The notes: generated by a model from the letters alone, not told the origin. Shown: positions 1 to 9,794, counted from the first letter of the stretch. The stretch is 64,000 bases of DNA from a virus (IMGVR_UViG_3300001528_000425:32001-96000), one strand, 5' to 3'. Numbers and translations: made by a program.

Positions 1-120
1 AAAAGCTTGACACATCTTCTCGATCTCTTCACAGTGGTGTTTCACTTTCTTGTGAAAGATATTGAAGTCTTGTTCATAAAGTTCCATAGCATAACCTACT
101 TTCTTTAAAAGTTGACGATC

Positions 121-152
121 AGGTACAGATAGGGTCATCCCTATCTGTACCT
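121..152 (-). terminator. Hairpin terminator (14-bp stem)
   Basis: aggtacagataggg-tcat-ccctatctgtacct at the stop of 151..477. Confidence 0.65.
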
Positions 153-477
153 ACGACTTAATTCGTTTACGTTTGATGAGATCGAATGTGTTCTTACTGA
201 AATCGATCCGATATCCCCATTCCTTACCTGAGGATAGATCCGTAAGAACATGTTCGAATACGGTGAGTTGATTGTTGTCTTTGTTGTAAGAAATTGTCAT
301 TTCACTTCCTTCCGGAGGGAGAGTAAAACCTAATCCATGACGTATGATAAACGTCGAGAATCGGTTATAACTCTTGATGATCTCCGGATGGAGGATAAGT
401 ACACGTTCGAACAACTCCTTAACGTGATTCATCTCCTGTACAGAGGAATCACATTGCAACACGAGTTGTTCTTCCAT
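151..477 (-). CDS. Hypothetical protein
   Basis: 108-aa ORF, ggag RBS within the upstream gene end, followed by a hairpin. Confidence 0.7.
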   Translation of the reverse strand: MEEQLVLQCDSSVQEMNHVKELFERVLILHPEIIKSYNRFSTFIIRHGLGFTLPPEGSEMTISYNKDNNQLTVFEHVLTDLSSGKEWGYRIDFSKNTFDLIKRKRIKS

Positions 478-478
478 A

Positions 479-934
479 TTACTTCTCCTGGTTGGCTTTG
501 TCTGACGAATGGAAGATATCGTTGACGAGCTTTCCGATATTCTGTCTGCTCACGAACTTCTCGTTCGGCTCCGGGTTATCCACTTCCAGCGCATGGAAAG
601 AGTTGGTCTTGAAATTGGCATCCCAGCCAACCGCTTTCATTTGATCAGAAGCAGTCCAGAGGATACGAATCTTGACCGGCACATCCTGTTCATCGACTTG
701 AATATCGATGTGACACGTTGCAATTTCCTGTCGCAACTGAGCAGTACCGACCACATCGTTGATCCACACCTTGTTACGTTTGTGTCGGCGATTGGCGGCA
801 GCGAGTTTCACCAGTTTCTTCGATGCTTTGAACGCCACATTGCACTCAAAGACTTTCGCCTGCATTGCGGCCATTTCTTCGTCATTGGTAATATCCTTGC
901 CGTTGTAGACATACCGAGCATTGATTTGAGCCAT
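479..934 (-). CDS. Hypothetical protein (early)
   Basis: 151-aa ORF, strong aggagg RBS, downstream of the TATATTAC promoter at 994-1001. Confidence 0.8.
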   Translation of the reverse strand: MAQINARYVYNGKDITNDEEMAAMQAKVFECNVAFKASKKLVKLAAANRRHKRNKVWINDVVGTAQLRQEIATCHIDIQVDEQDVPVKIRILWTASDQMKAVGWDANFKTNSFHALEVDNPEPNEKFVSRQNIGKLVNDIFHSSDKANQEK

Positions 935-993
935 AATAGAAACCTCCTTATTTATGTTAAATGATTTGTTTTGATGCTACGAACATCATAATG

Positions 994-1001
994 GTAATAT
1001 A
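994..1001 (-). promoter_or_regulatory. phiKZ-type early promoter core TATATTAC
   Basis: Minus strand TATATTAC-N5-TGAT; motif recurs about 13 times upstream of minus-strand genes. Confidence 0.7.
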
Positions 1002-1020
1002 TAAGCAAAAAATAACGATC

Positions 1021-1054
1021 GACAGGATGGAAGGGATTAACCTTCCATCCTGTT
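1021..1054 (-). terminator. Intrinsic terminator
   Basis: gacaggatggaagg/ccttccatcctgtt stem followed on the minus strand by a T-rich tract. Confidence 0.7.
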
Positions 1055-1062
1055 ATCGCAGC

Positions 1063-1215
1063 TTATTTCTCCAGCTTGGCTTTCTTCTTCCAATCCGCAT
1101 CATTGCTCTGAATAGAAGCAACATGGTTCTTGTCGACACATTTCTTTTCGATAAGTTTCCGAAGAAGAAACGCAACGACCTCGATGATTGTAGGTGGTTT
1201 ATGTTCTCGTACCAT
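1063..1215 (-). CDS. Small basic hypothetical protein (50 aa, MVREHKPPT...KAKLEK)
   Basis: Translated by hand; aggag RBS, ends just before a terminator; below the ORF-track cutoff. Confidence 0.55.
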   Translation of the reverse strand: MVREHKPPTIIEVVAFLLRKLIEKKCVDKNHVASIQSNDADWKKKAKLEK

Positions 1216-1334
1216 TTTCACTCCTTTTCTTATCAAGTTGTAAATAGGTGATTTTCACCAGGGAATTTCCATGGAAAAGTAAATCATTTGGCATCAAAAT
1301 CAGACGCTCAGTCCGACTACCTTGCTAAGGTGTT

Positions 1335-3161
1335 TTAACGCTGTTTGACTAGCTTTAACCATTCATCGACGGTTGTCACGAATACGTTGTATTTCATCGC
1401 TTGACGAACCTTATTACTCTGGTGTCCTTGCTCACTTACTACAAGGTAGTTCAACCCTCTGGTAACCTTATCAACAGGTCTCCAGTTATTGAGTCTCGCT
1501 ATCTTTTCATAGTAGTGACGTTCATGCGGCATCTTGCCAGTGAAACACACTGTCAGTAGATGCTCTTCATCTTCTTGTTGAGAAGGAATGATCCTTACTA
1601 CTCGCATCAAAGCGAGTAGCTCGTCTTTCTTCTCATCCAATCCTCGTACCAAGGCGTATGCTTTCTCGATGCCGATGCCTTGGATATCCATAAGATCGTC
1701 TTCCGAACACTCGAAGAGTTGTTCGATCGTCTTGTGACGACATAGCAACTTTGCGGTATTGATTCCCATGTGCTGGATGTTCATGGCAGCCAATACCCGA
1801 TAGTCGGCTACACCGCTAGCGATCCTTCTTAACTCTTGATAGAGATTGGTTGCAGACTTCACTTGAAATCCATCCAGCAGCATGATCTCTTCTTTGGTAA
1901 GTTGGAAGAAATCGATCAGGTGTGATACCTTCAGTCTTCGCATCATTTCTTGGATCGTTTTCTCTCCAAGACCTTGGATATCCATGATCTGAACTCCACA
2001 GAGCAATTGTCGCAGCAATAGTTCCTGACAGGACTTGTTGACACAATAAAGCTCTGGTCCTATCCTGGCAACTGGTTTACCACAGTAAGGACATTTCTTC
2101 AGAACGATGGGAGTTCGCTGCTCTCCAGGTTCGTTATCCACGACATACGGGATCACATCGCCAGAACGTTCAACAGTAAGAGTATCTCCTATCTGGATAT
2201 CGTTATCCTCGATGTTCTTGATGTTGTGCAAAGTAGCTCTGGAGATCGTTACCGAATCCAATCGGATCGGTTCCAAGATAGCTACAGGAGTCAAGACTCG
2301 TTTACCGAGTCCCCACTCTACACCGATGAGTTTGGTGGGGTATCGGATCGCTTCGAACTTGAATGCGATGGCACCACGTGGATGATGCGCTGTGGAACCT
2401 AGAGACTTCGCATAAGTCTCGTCTTCTAACTTTATCACGATACCATCCATGGGATAAGGCAAAGCTTCTATGTCTTTAACAACGTCCGACCAATTCGCTC
2501 GCAACTGCTTCAAAGTTACTTTGAATTGTATTCGATCATATGCCACCAACGTAAGCTTTACCCGATGCTGAAGGAATTCCCCAATATCCTTAGCGCCAAC
2601 GATACCAGCTATTGCGTTTCGTGGATTCTTATAGGGAGTCCCATCTTTCTTGGTGATACCAGGAAATACAGTCTCGAAGATATCCTTACGAATTAGAAGT
2701 TCCCCTAGAACTGGGAACTTCAATCGACCAGTATAGGTCTTGGTTTCTACTTCAATGAGAGGGAGTTTATCCGTGATGTTATCCCCGACATATCCATCAC
2801 CACGTGTGGCAAGTATGTTGTCTCGATACGATGCGGTCATGCCGTCGTATTTGGGTTCGATCACGAAGATCTCATCCTCCGATCTCTGCACTTTGTCAGC
2901 CCAGTCGATAACTTCCTCTAAAGTAAAAGCCTTGGCCAATGACAGTAGGGGAGTAACATGGGTGACCTTACCGAGACTATGTACTTCCGGTGCTTGTACA
3001 CTTGTCAGTAGGGGATGACTGGGATGACGTCTCCGGAGTTCCTGTTCCAGCTCACCGAATTCAGTATCCGTCAGTTCTGGATTATTATGCTTCCAGTAAG
3101 CAGCATTGTGATATGCAAATTGATCGATGAGTTCTTCATCGGTCATAGATTTCGTGTCCAT
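1335..3161 (-). CDS. ligA: NAD-dependent DNA ligase
   Basis: KYDG adenylation motif, ATRGDG, SLAKA, PRGAIAFKF, OB fold (ATLHN, RSGDVIP), CPYC..C..C zinc finger, HhH repeats, C-terminal BRCT (VCFTG). Confidence 0.96.
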   Translation of the reverse strand: MDTKSMTDEELIDQFAYHNAAYWKHNNPELTDTEFGELEQELRRRHPSHPLLTSVQAPEVHSLGKVTHVTPLLSLAKAFTLEEVIDWADKVQRSEDEIFVIEPKYDGMTASYRDNILATRGDGYVGDNITDKLPLIEVETKTYTGRLKFPVLGELLIRKDIFETVFPGITKKDGTPYKNPRNAIAGIVGAKDIGEFLQHRVKLTLVAYDRIQFKVTLKQLRANWSDVVKDIEALPYPMDGIVIKLEDETYAKSLGSTAHHPRGAIAFKFEAIRYPTKLIGVEWGLGKRVLTPVAILEPIRLDSVTISRATLHNIKNIEDNDIQIGDTLTVERSGDVIPYVVDNEPGEQRTPIVLKKCPYCGKPVARIGPELYCVNKSCQELLLRQLLCGVQIMDIQGLGEKTIQEMMRRLKVSHLIDFFQLTKEEIMLLDGFQVKSATNLYQELRRIASGVADYRVLAAMNIQHMGINTAKLLCRHKTIEQLFECSEDDLMDIQGIGIEKAYALVRGLDEKKDELLALMRVVRIIPSQQEDEEHLLTVCFTGKMPHERHYYEKIARLNNWRPVDKVTRGLNYLVVSEQGHQSNKVRQAMKYNVFVTTVDEWLKLVKQR

Positions 3162-3205
3162 ATTCAGTGCTCCTAGTTGACTTATTGCGATTGCTCTTCA
3201 TAATA

Positions 3206-3213
3206 GTAATATA
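3206..3213 (-). promoter_or_regulatory. Early promoter core TATATTAC
   Basis: GTATATATTAC-N5-TGAA upstream of the ligase. Confidence 0.7.
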
Positions 3214-3238
3214 TACTTCTGATACATTACAAAAAATA

Positions 3239-3268
3239 AACAGAGAGGTGGATCACCACCTCTCTGTT
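3239..3268 (-). terminator. Intrinsic terminator
   Basis: aacagagaggtgg/ccacctctctgtt stem plus T-tract, right after polymerase exon 2. Confidence 0.75.
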
Positions 3269-3281
3269 CTAGGAGTATCGC

Positions 3282-5399
3282 TTACGCTACGATCACTTGG
3301 TTGTCCACTCGAATTCTACCTTCAGCGATCAGTCGTTCACGGATCAAATCTTCCATCTGTCCGTAATCCGGAAGACCGAAGTATTGATTCTCCACGTAAA
3401 CAGCATTCTCGAATGCATAGATCGCGTTGACGAAGAACTCTTCCACTTCATAGGATCGAAACGATGTGGTAGGCATGCCAGTTTCGTCAAGGTGTCCGGT
3501 CTTGACTTCCTCGCATCTAATCGGTCCAACACGTCCACTATCGTCGATGGAGAGAGCTGTGGATAGTTTGGTTTCCTTACTACAGTTCAGCATCTGCATG
3601 AGTGAGGGGTACATTGCTTAAGAGAATACATTCTCTTCTTTGACTATATCTTCACCATCGATCTCGCGATCGGTCAGGTGTCTCTTGTTTGGGCTTGCGC
3701 CTACTCCCGTGTCCGGGATAGTCGATGAACCCGATCCTCCTTACGAAGGACCTCGGCTGCTGATTACACATTGTCACATGACCCTTAGCACCTGTTACCA
3801 GGCTTTTATTGCAGCATAGGTCGAGCTTTATGTTTCTTTCTGTCTTTCAACAACATTCACGCTTGCCGTTACCAGCTACGTTGTAGTACATTAAGCTACT
3901 AGTGTTTCCCAGCAATTAAAGAGATTTCGACTCATGGTTTCCCATGAGAAGAGGCCAATGTCTATTTTGACTAACCTAACATCCTCATCACACACGATCT
4001 TCTGCACGGAGGACAATTTATCGGACTCCTTTAGGATCGGTACACCCGTACCTCTGGCGTTCAACGGATCGAGTACCGCACCACCTTGGTTGATGATGTA
4101 CTGATCGGTATCCTTCACCAACGGTTCACCGATACTTGCCGGAACCTTACCTTGAGGCAACAACCATTCATAGAAGGTATTCTTCAGCTGAACGGTTTGT
4201 TTGGAGAAGTCTTCCAACCTGGAAGGTCCGATCAAGTTCATCAAGTTCCTGACGTCATTGTTCTTCCAATTCATCAGGTACAAGATGGCATTGTCAACGA
4301 TGTTGTATACGGTATAACCAACGAAGTCCTTCGTTTGCATATCGTAGTGGGTGCGGTTCTGACCGAAGTCTAGCTTACCTGCTCCTAGTTCCTTGGCTCC
4401 AATATAATCCAACTTGTAGTTGACATCTCTACCTTTCGCCTTACGGAGACGTCCGTATAACTGCATGGCGTCGATGAACTGCGTATAGCCAGATAACTGG
4501 AACCAATCCCAATGGTCGGTGATATGATCTCCTGGTTTCCCTTTATCCTTGTTGTACTTGCAGATCCTGAGTCTTTTTGGTACTTCAGGATGACACATCA
4601 CATCAGCGGGATCTTCTCCTAAGAAGGTGAGTCTCTCGATGATGCGCGGAATATCGTAGCCCATGTTCCAGATGACTACGAAGTCTGGTTTGCATTGATG
4701 GATCTGTTGAAAGATCCACTTGATCACTTCGACTTCATGATCTGACTCGAAGTAATGGATGTTCAGGGGATGATGATCGTAGAGTTCCTGGATCTTCGGT
4801 TTTAAGGCATCTCTGAATTGTTTGTTGACTCGAGTTTCGAATTTCTTCTTAACTGCTTCAATTCCCTCCCCTTCTCGGAAGAACGGTTTGAAGATCGAGC
4901 AATAACAATTCCCATCTCCATTGATGAACGAGATCAGAATGATCTCGTTGTTTCCAACAACCGAAGACTCAATGTCAAGGGTTCCTACGTTGTATCCAGG
5001 AGGGTTCCTCGGATTCATTTTACGGAACATGCCTTTGATACGAACACCGATATCGATATCCGCACCATAGACATAAGGAGAAGTCATCAGCTTACGCTGA
5101 TTGAAATACCCATTGCCATAACCGACATTCTGTCCAAGTGCTTTCGCCAGGGTACGACCGATCTCACAGTACTTCGTGTTGAACATGTCGAGCTCGTCCA
5201 TGGGAGCATACTCTTTCTTTTCAGAATAGTTACGCCTCCCAGGTTTGGTTACCCATACCTTGACAGTAGGATCTTCCACGATCATTAACTCGGATACACC
5301 CGTGTCTACATTTTTGATATTCGCCACATATGCATCGTGGTCTCTACCAAGAGGAACGTAGACACCGTGAACGAATTGATGTGTCTGATACACACTCAT
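3282..5399 (-). CDS. Family-B DNA polymerase subunit (3'-5' exonuclease + motif A; phiKZ-type split polB), spliced: join(5399..3974, 3616..3282), 586 aa
   Basis: ExoI LDIES, ExoII WNMGYDI, YKLDYI, ExoIII YNIVD, GGAVLDP; removing the intron gives DEDVR-S-MYPS (DxxSxYPS). Confidence 0.9.
3617..3973 (-). ncRNA. Group I self-splicing intron (IA2-like, ORF-less, 357 nt)
   Basis: P AATTGCTGGGAAAC, Q AATCAGCAG, R GTTCATCGACTA, S AAGATATAGTC; P1 with U-G at the 5' splice site, P10 CAUUG/CAAUG, P7.1/P7.2 hairpins, terminal G. Confidence 0.93.
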
Positions 5400-5431
5400 T
5401 TGTTGTTCCTTCTTGTTGCTAAATTCAATTG

Positions 5432-5440
5432 TATAAGATC
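5432..5440 (-). promoter_or_regulatory. Putative late/middle promoter motif ATC(C/T)TAT(G/A)
   Basis: Same motif upstream of several structural and replication genes (15910, 19544, 24853, 32602, 49610). Confidence 0.4.
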
Positions 5441-5468
5441 TTTCCCTTTCGTATTAAAAGATAAGTGC

Positions 5469-5504
5469 GGTAGAGCAAGGAGGGATATCCCTCCTTGCTC
5501 TACC
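5469..5504 (-). terminator. Perfect 36-bp palindrome / terminator
   Basis: ggtagagcaaggagggat|atccctccttgctctacc. Confidence 0.7.
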
Positions 5505-5542
5505 CATTCAGGAAGCCATCCATTAAGAGGAGGGTCGTTGCC

Positions 5543-6229
5543 TTACTGCTGGAGCACTGCTCGCAACAGTTCTGTTGAAGGCGAACCAAGCGGATCTCCA
5601 TTGGTGACATGACCGAAGCGATCCACGAACATCGGAACGAAGTTCTCAGGATCACTCAAGCGAACGGACGAATGAAGTCGTCCACCCTGAAGGATCTCGT
5701 ATAACCCTTCATCCGTCAACACCGGAGGTAACTTGTGGATGATAACCTGCCCCACGTCAAGCTTCTTGGAGATGATCCACTGCTGAGGACGATCGAATTC
5801 GATCGGCTGTCCGTGCTCATCTCGCTTGACGATCTTACGGGGCTGATAGTCAGGATCGATCCATTCGCGGACGAAGTCGTTGAATGTCACGATCTTTTTC
5901 CAGCCCGATCGCTCCATGGCGTTCAGGCACCAACCGGAGATCAGACTCTCGGCGGTATCAGAACGCAACGCTCTGTCTTCGTGGATACGATCGATCCTGG
6001 AGATGGAAACACTGTGATATCCGTTGAACTTCTTGCAGATCGAATACAGGTAGCCAAGTTGAGTATTCTCATCTTTGAGAGCCTCTTGGATGGCCAGCTC
6101 GTGTTTCACGAGTGCTTCTTTCAGTTCAAGATCTTGATCCGACATCGGAAGAGGATCTCCGGGTTTGTAATCAACAGCTGCTTCTTTTAGTAATTCTTCC
6201 ATAGTTGAGTCCTGTGTATGTTTTATCAC
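5543..6229 (-). CDS. Hypothetical protein
   Basis: 228-aa ORF overlapping the RuvC stop (ATGA coupling). Confidence 0.75.
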   Translation of the reverse strand: MIKHTQDSTMEELLKEAAVDYKPGDPLPMSDQDLELKEALVKHELAIQEALKDENTQLGYLYSICKKFNGYHSVSISRIDRIHEDRALRSDTAESLISGWCLNAMERSGWKKIVTFNDFVREWIDPDYQPRKIVKRDEHGQPIEFDRPQQWIISKKLDVGQVIIHKLPPVLTDEGLYEILQGGRLHSSVRLSDPENFVPMFVDRFGHVTNGDPLGSPSTELLRAVLQQ

Positions 6230-6843
6230 GCCACCTTAAGCACCACGATCGTGTCGTTGGTCTGTGCCGCTGCCAGCAAAGTCGGAAGATACGTCTGAAC
6301 GAACGCATATCCGATCGCGACACTGTCCGCACAGTGCTCGTTGAGCATGGGGATCAGTTTGTCGCTCTTGAAGGTGATCTTCGGGTTCTCAAGGATCGCT
6401 TGTTGGACATTGAGTTTCTTACTGTCACCTCTGCCAGAGATGGCCAGCTTCGCCGCTTTCGGTGCGATGGCTGTAATGGTTTTACCGTAATGGTCGTACA
6501 CGGTCAGCTTAGCAGTGCATTGCCACATGCACAGCGCTGCGTGCGCTTGTGGACGAGACGGATTGAAGAAGATATCTTCCATAACGATGTAATCCGGTTT
6601 AAACTCGTCTAAGAGTTGGATGATTGCAGCACGGAGTACCACTAAGGATATCACACGTTTGCTGAATTTCTCCACGTCCTCCCTACGATCCGCTCTTGAT
6701 GCGACAGCAGCCGGTTGAATGTTGCCGAGCCTGATCACTTGAAGTACGCCGCTCTCCAAGTCAAGTTCAGTAACAGACCAACCCGTCATCGTCAGTCCCG
6801 GGTCGAAGTTCAGGGTTCTGATCTTCTTGGGATGATTGCTCAT
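6226..6843 (-). CDS. ruvC: Holliday junction resolvase, RuvC family
   Basis: FDPGLTMTGWS, IVMEDIFF, K..ISGRG...K, H.ADSVAIG catalytic motifs. Confidence 0.9.
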   Translation of the reverse strand: MSNHPKKIRTLNFDPGLTMTGWSVTELDLESGVLQVIRLGNIQPAAVASRADRREDVEKFSKRVISLVVLRAAIIQLLDEFKPDYIVMEDIFFNPSRPQAHAALCMWQCTAKLTVYDHYGKTITAIAPKAAKLAISGRGDSKKLNVQQAILENPKITFKSDKLIPMLNEHCADSVAIGYAFVQTYLPTLLAAAQTNDTIVVLKVA

Positions 6844-6929
6844 TGCCTCTCCAGTTCAAATGAATGTATCTGAAGAGTAGGTGAGACTGGGGTTATTTAT
6901 AACATAGAGGTAATTGTTAAATTTTAAAG

Positions 6930-7275
6930 ACACAATTCAGTCCCAACATGATCACATAAGAGTGTAGAAAGTTTCACCATGATAACCACCATATAGGTTA
7001 ACAAGGATGACTTATCTAGATACTCTTACGTGTTTGATTTCGGTGGAACCAAAGTTCCGATGGGTTTGTGGAATCTGCCGAGCCAGAGCAGGAGCGTGTA
7101 CTCCATAAACTGGCGTCAAGCGTCTTACAAGTAAGTCAAATGTCGAAAGCTTCATAGTGAAGTCCTCCTAACCAACTCAGGGAACAGTAGGTGCTGGCGG
7201 CACCTACTGTTCCCGTCTATTAGTTTATTTGAAATACGAAGGTAATTGATGATTGTGCGACCGACTGAATTGTGT
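6930..7275 (+). ncRNA. Large structured ncRNA, copy A (unassigned family)
   Basis: 13-bp terminal stem acacaattcagtc/gactgaattgtgt; core homologous to 16617-17037 with covarying stems. Confidence 0.8.
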
Positions 7276-7286
7276 AGAACATCAAT

Positions 7287-7796
7287 TCATTTCAAATCCT
7301 CTCCGAAATACTTCTGATAGAACTCATCGACAGAAGGTCTCCCAATGGTATCTGGTAAGGAATCAAATGCTCCCGGGAATCTGGATACTTTCAACGGTAC
7401 GACGGGTTTAGGAGGCTTAATTCTATGATGCATGTGAACCGACGTCGGCTTCCGCTGTATCGGCTTCATCTCATATTTTTGGATAGCTTCCGAGACGCAG
7501 TAATCGTTCTTATGGTTGTTGAGTTTCATCCAGTCCTCTGGACTGATAGAACTTTCCATCATGAACGTTACCACCGTCTTACGTACTTTGTCGTAGATAA
7601 CAGGATACCAGATTCCCTTGAAGTATACGAATTTCTGAATCACACGTAGAGACTGACGTTCTACAACAACACTTAATACAGCACTCTGACAGTGTTTGGA
7701 TATCACTTCCAGATCCCTGGTTGTCAGTGCAAGTCCGTAACGCTCCAGTGCTCTACGTTTAGCATGATGAATTTCAGATTTCTTCTTTGAAGCCAT
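7287..7796 (-). CDS. Hypothetical protein, possible RelE/BECR-like fold at the N-terminus
   Basis: HAKRRALERYG helix followed by beta strands ending VIYDK..KTVVTF. Confidence 0.6.
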   Translation of the reverse strand: MASKKKSEIHHAKRRALERYGLALTTRDLEVISKHCQSAVLSVVVERQSLRVIQKFVYFKGIWYPVIYDKVRKTVVTFMMESSISPEDWMKLNNHKNDYCVSEAIQKYEMKPIQRKPTSVHMHHRIKPPKPVVPLKVSRFPGAFDSLPDTIGRPSVDEFYQKYFGEDLK

Positions 7797-7861
7797 CTTC
7801 GCGTCTCCAGTTCATACATAACCTCTCTTCCTTGTTAGATGAAAAAATAAAAGAAGAATCC

Positions 7862-7891
7862 GGGAGGGAGAGGGATATCCCTCTCCCTCCC
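7862..7891 (-). terminator. Perfect palindrome / terminator
   Basis: gggagggagagggat|atccctctccctccc plus T-tract on the minus strand. Confidence 0.75.
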
Positions 7892-7917
7892 TAGAGATTC
7901 ACTGAGCCGTTGGCGGA

Positions 7918-8376
7918 TTATTTCTTCTTGAATGCCGCTTCGATCTCAGCAGCGCACTGAGCCAGCAGGCCGCCTTCTTTCCGCAGTTCGCGGTTGAAGT
8001 TGCGGTTGATCGTGATGGAGGTCTGGCCGTACTTCACGCTGCGGTACTCTTTGCCGGTGCCGGGAGTCTTGCCTTCGCTGATCACTTCGCCCTTCATCTT
8101 GATTTCGGCGGAATCATTACCCTGGCCGAGCTTGGCGAGCTGCGGGACTTTGGTCTCGATGACTTTGTCTTTCATCAGCGGAAGGACCGCTGCGGAGACA
8201 GTGTCGACGGCGTCGATGACGACTTTGCGGACTTCTTTGGTGGCGCCGAGTTCGGCGAGCGCTTCGTCGTAGTCATTGCGAGACATGGTGAACTGGTTCT
8301 TGGCCGGATCATAAATGACCGGCTTTCCGAGAACGGTGAACTCCTGGGTTGCGACGGTTTCTTTGTCTTTGCTCAT
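7918..8376 (-). CDS. Hypothetical protein, probably highly expressed early
   Basis: 152 aa, strong codon bias, aaggag RBS, own early promoter and terminator. Confidence 0.85.
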   Translation of the reverse strand: MSKDKETVATQEFTVLGKPVIYDPAKNQFTMSRNDYDEALAELGATKEVRKVVIDAVDTVSAAVLPLMKDKVIETKVPQLAKLGQGNDSAEIKMKGEVISEGKTPGTGKEYRSVKYGQTSITINRNFNRELRKEGGLLAQCAAEIEAAFKKK

Positions 8377-8448
8377 TTTGGAACTCCTTTTGGTTTATTG
8401 GTGAGCGGACGAAAAAGTTAACCATTTCTTTCTTCGTCTTTCAATTTA

Positions 8449-8456
8449 GTAATATA
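8449..8456 (-). promoter_or_regulatory. Early promoter core TATATTAC
   Basis: TATATTAC-N5-TGAA. Confidence 0.7.
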
Positions 8457-8491
8457 TGCACGGAAGCTCTATGAGATTTTCCGTGTACGTA

Positions 8492-9055
8492 TTATTTTAC
8501 AAGGGTCGGATCTTTGGTTTCCACCACAGTTCCGTTAGCGTAGATCACTTCACGGAACGACCATCCGTGCGAGTAGTCTGTCTCAAACGGAGGAATGTCT
8601 TCCTCTCGTGTGGTAAGTATGAAGGTATCCAGGGCGTCGATGAACTCCAAGAAGAATTTATCGTAGATACATGTAGACGCATCCTCAGATTGATCCACTT
8701 CGAACAGATAACGCCAGATCAATTTCTCGCCAATCTGTTGGTCGTACTGACTGGTAAGTAGATCTACTTTCTCACCGTGAAGATAAACGGTTGGTTTTCC
8801 ATTTTCCCTGGCGAGCACACCATGGATCGTCTGATTTTCTGGAATGACCTGTACGGAGATAATCTCTGATCCGAATTTCTTACCGAAGAAATATAATGGG
8901 ATCAGGTGAGAGAAGAAACCACCATGCAGTACGATCGCTTCACCAATGATCAGTTCTCCGAATCTCACGAGAACCAATCTCGCGTTCTTGAAATGATATC
9001 GATCAATGAAGGTAATCTGAACGTCTGTAAGTCTTCCTAATTTATCGGTTGTCAT
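8492..9055 (-). CDS. Hypothetical protein
   Basis: 187-aa ORF, aggagg RBS. Confidence 0.75.
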   Translation of the reverse strand: MTTDKLGRLTDVQITFIDRYHFKNARLVLVRFGELIIGEAIVLHGGFFSHLIPLYFFGKKFGSEIISVQVIPENQTIHGVLARENGKPTVYLHGEKVDLLTSQYDQQIGEKLIWRYLFEVDQSEDASTCIYDKFFLEFIDALDTFILTTREEDIPPFETDYSHGWSFREVIYANGTVVETKDPTLVK

Positions 9056-9087
9056 TGGTTATCCTCCTTTCCTAGGAAAGGGCGTTG

Positions 9088-9726
9088 CTACTTACCTCCA
9101 GGTGTCCCTTGATAAGTAAGTTTGTTGTTTTTACGATTGAGATGGAACTTGCGTTCCGTTTTGTCGATGCGCCAGAAGCGTCGTTCATTCGCTGGCTTCG
9201 CATCGATTTCGGCTTGTCTGGCTTCGAGGTTGATCGGGTCGAGAATCAGTTCGAAGGCATCCCTACTGATCGTAAGGATCGGACGTCTGGATTCAGTCAA
9301 TTTCCCAGCCATATCCTTGTAGATTTTCCACAAGTACCATAACTTCTTAGAAACCCTTCTTCCGGGTCTTCCGTGATTTTGGAAATCTCTGACTAGCATA
9401 TCTGTCATGTATCCAGAGCAGATCATCGTTCCAGAGCGGAGATCCAAAGAAGCCCAATAGGCATCTGCACCTTTGGGATCTTTCAGGATCGCATGGATGG
9501 ACAAGAAGATCTTGTTATCATCCATCCCGATCGTCTGGGCGATCTCTTCCGGATTGGGAAGAAGATTTGCCAGTTGTACGGATGATGCCAAGAACTGCTC
9601 CCAGATGGCAAATGCCAGCCACCGAAGATCCTTCGGTACAACGTGCGCCACCCAAGAAGGAAATAACTGGATCAGTTGCTCCAGAGAAGGATGGAGCTCT
9701 TCAACATGTTCGTTGGTTTCACTCAT
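9088..9726 (-). CDS. Hypothetical protein
   Basis: 212-aa ORF, aggag RBS. Confidence 0.75.
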   Translation of the reverse strand: MSETNEHVEELHPSLEQLIQLFPSWVAHVVPKDLRWLAFAIWEQFLASSVQLANLLPNPEEIAQTIGMDDNKIFLSIHAILKDPKGADAYWASLDLRSGTMICSGYMTDMLVRDFQNHGRPGRRVSKKLWYLWKIYKDMAGKLTESRRPILTISRDAFELILDPINLEARQAEIDAKPANERRFWRIDKTERKFHLNRKNNKLTYQGTPGGK

Positions 9727-9794
9727 GTAGGTTCTCCTTATACTGCCTTTACATTGGTATGATATATTCTACTTCTGTAAAGAATAACTTGATT

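Noticed and set aside
3282-3614. Stand-alone 110-aa ORF, or polB pseudogene/frameshift
   Set aside because: It is exon 2 of the polymerase; the intervening sequence is a canonical group I intron
3891-3973. C-terminal extension LVKIDIGL...ETLVA of the 502-aa ORF
   Set aside because: Read-through into intron sequence
6930-7275. Identification of the paired RNAs as tmRNA, RNase P, group I/II intron or tRNA
   Set aside because: No T-arm or CCA end, no GAGGAAAGUCC/P4, no P7 R/S elements, no domain V, and no interrupted gene
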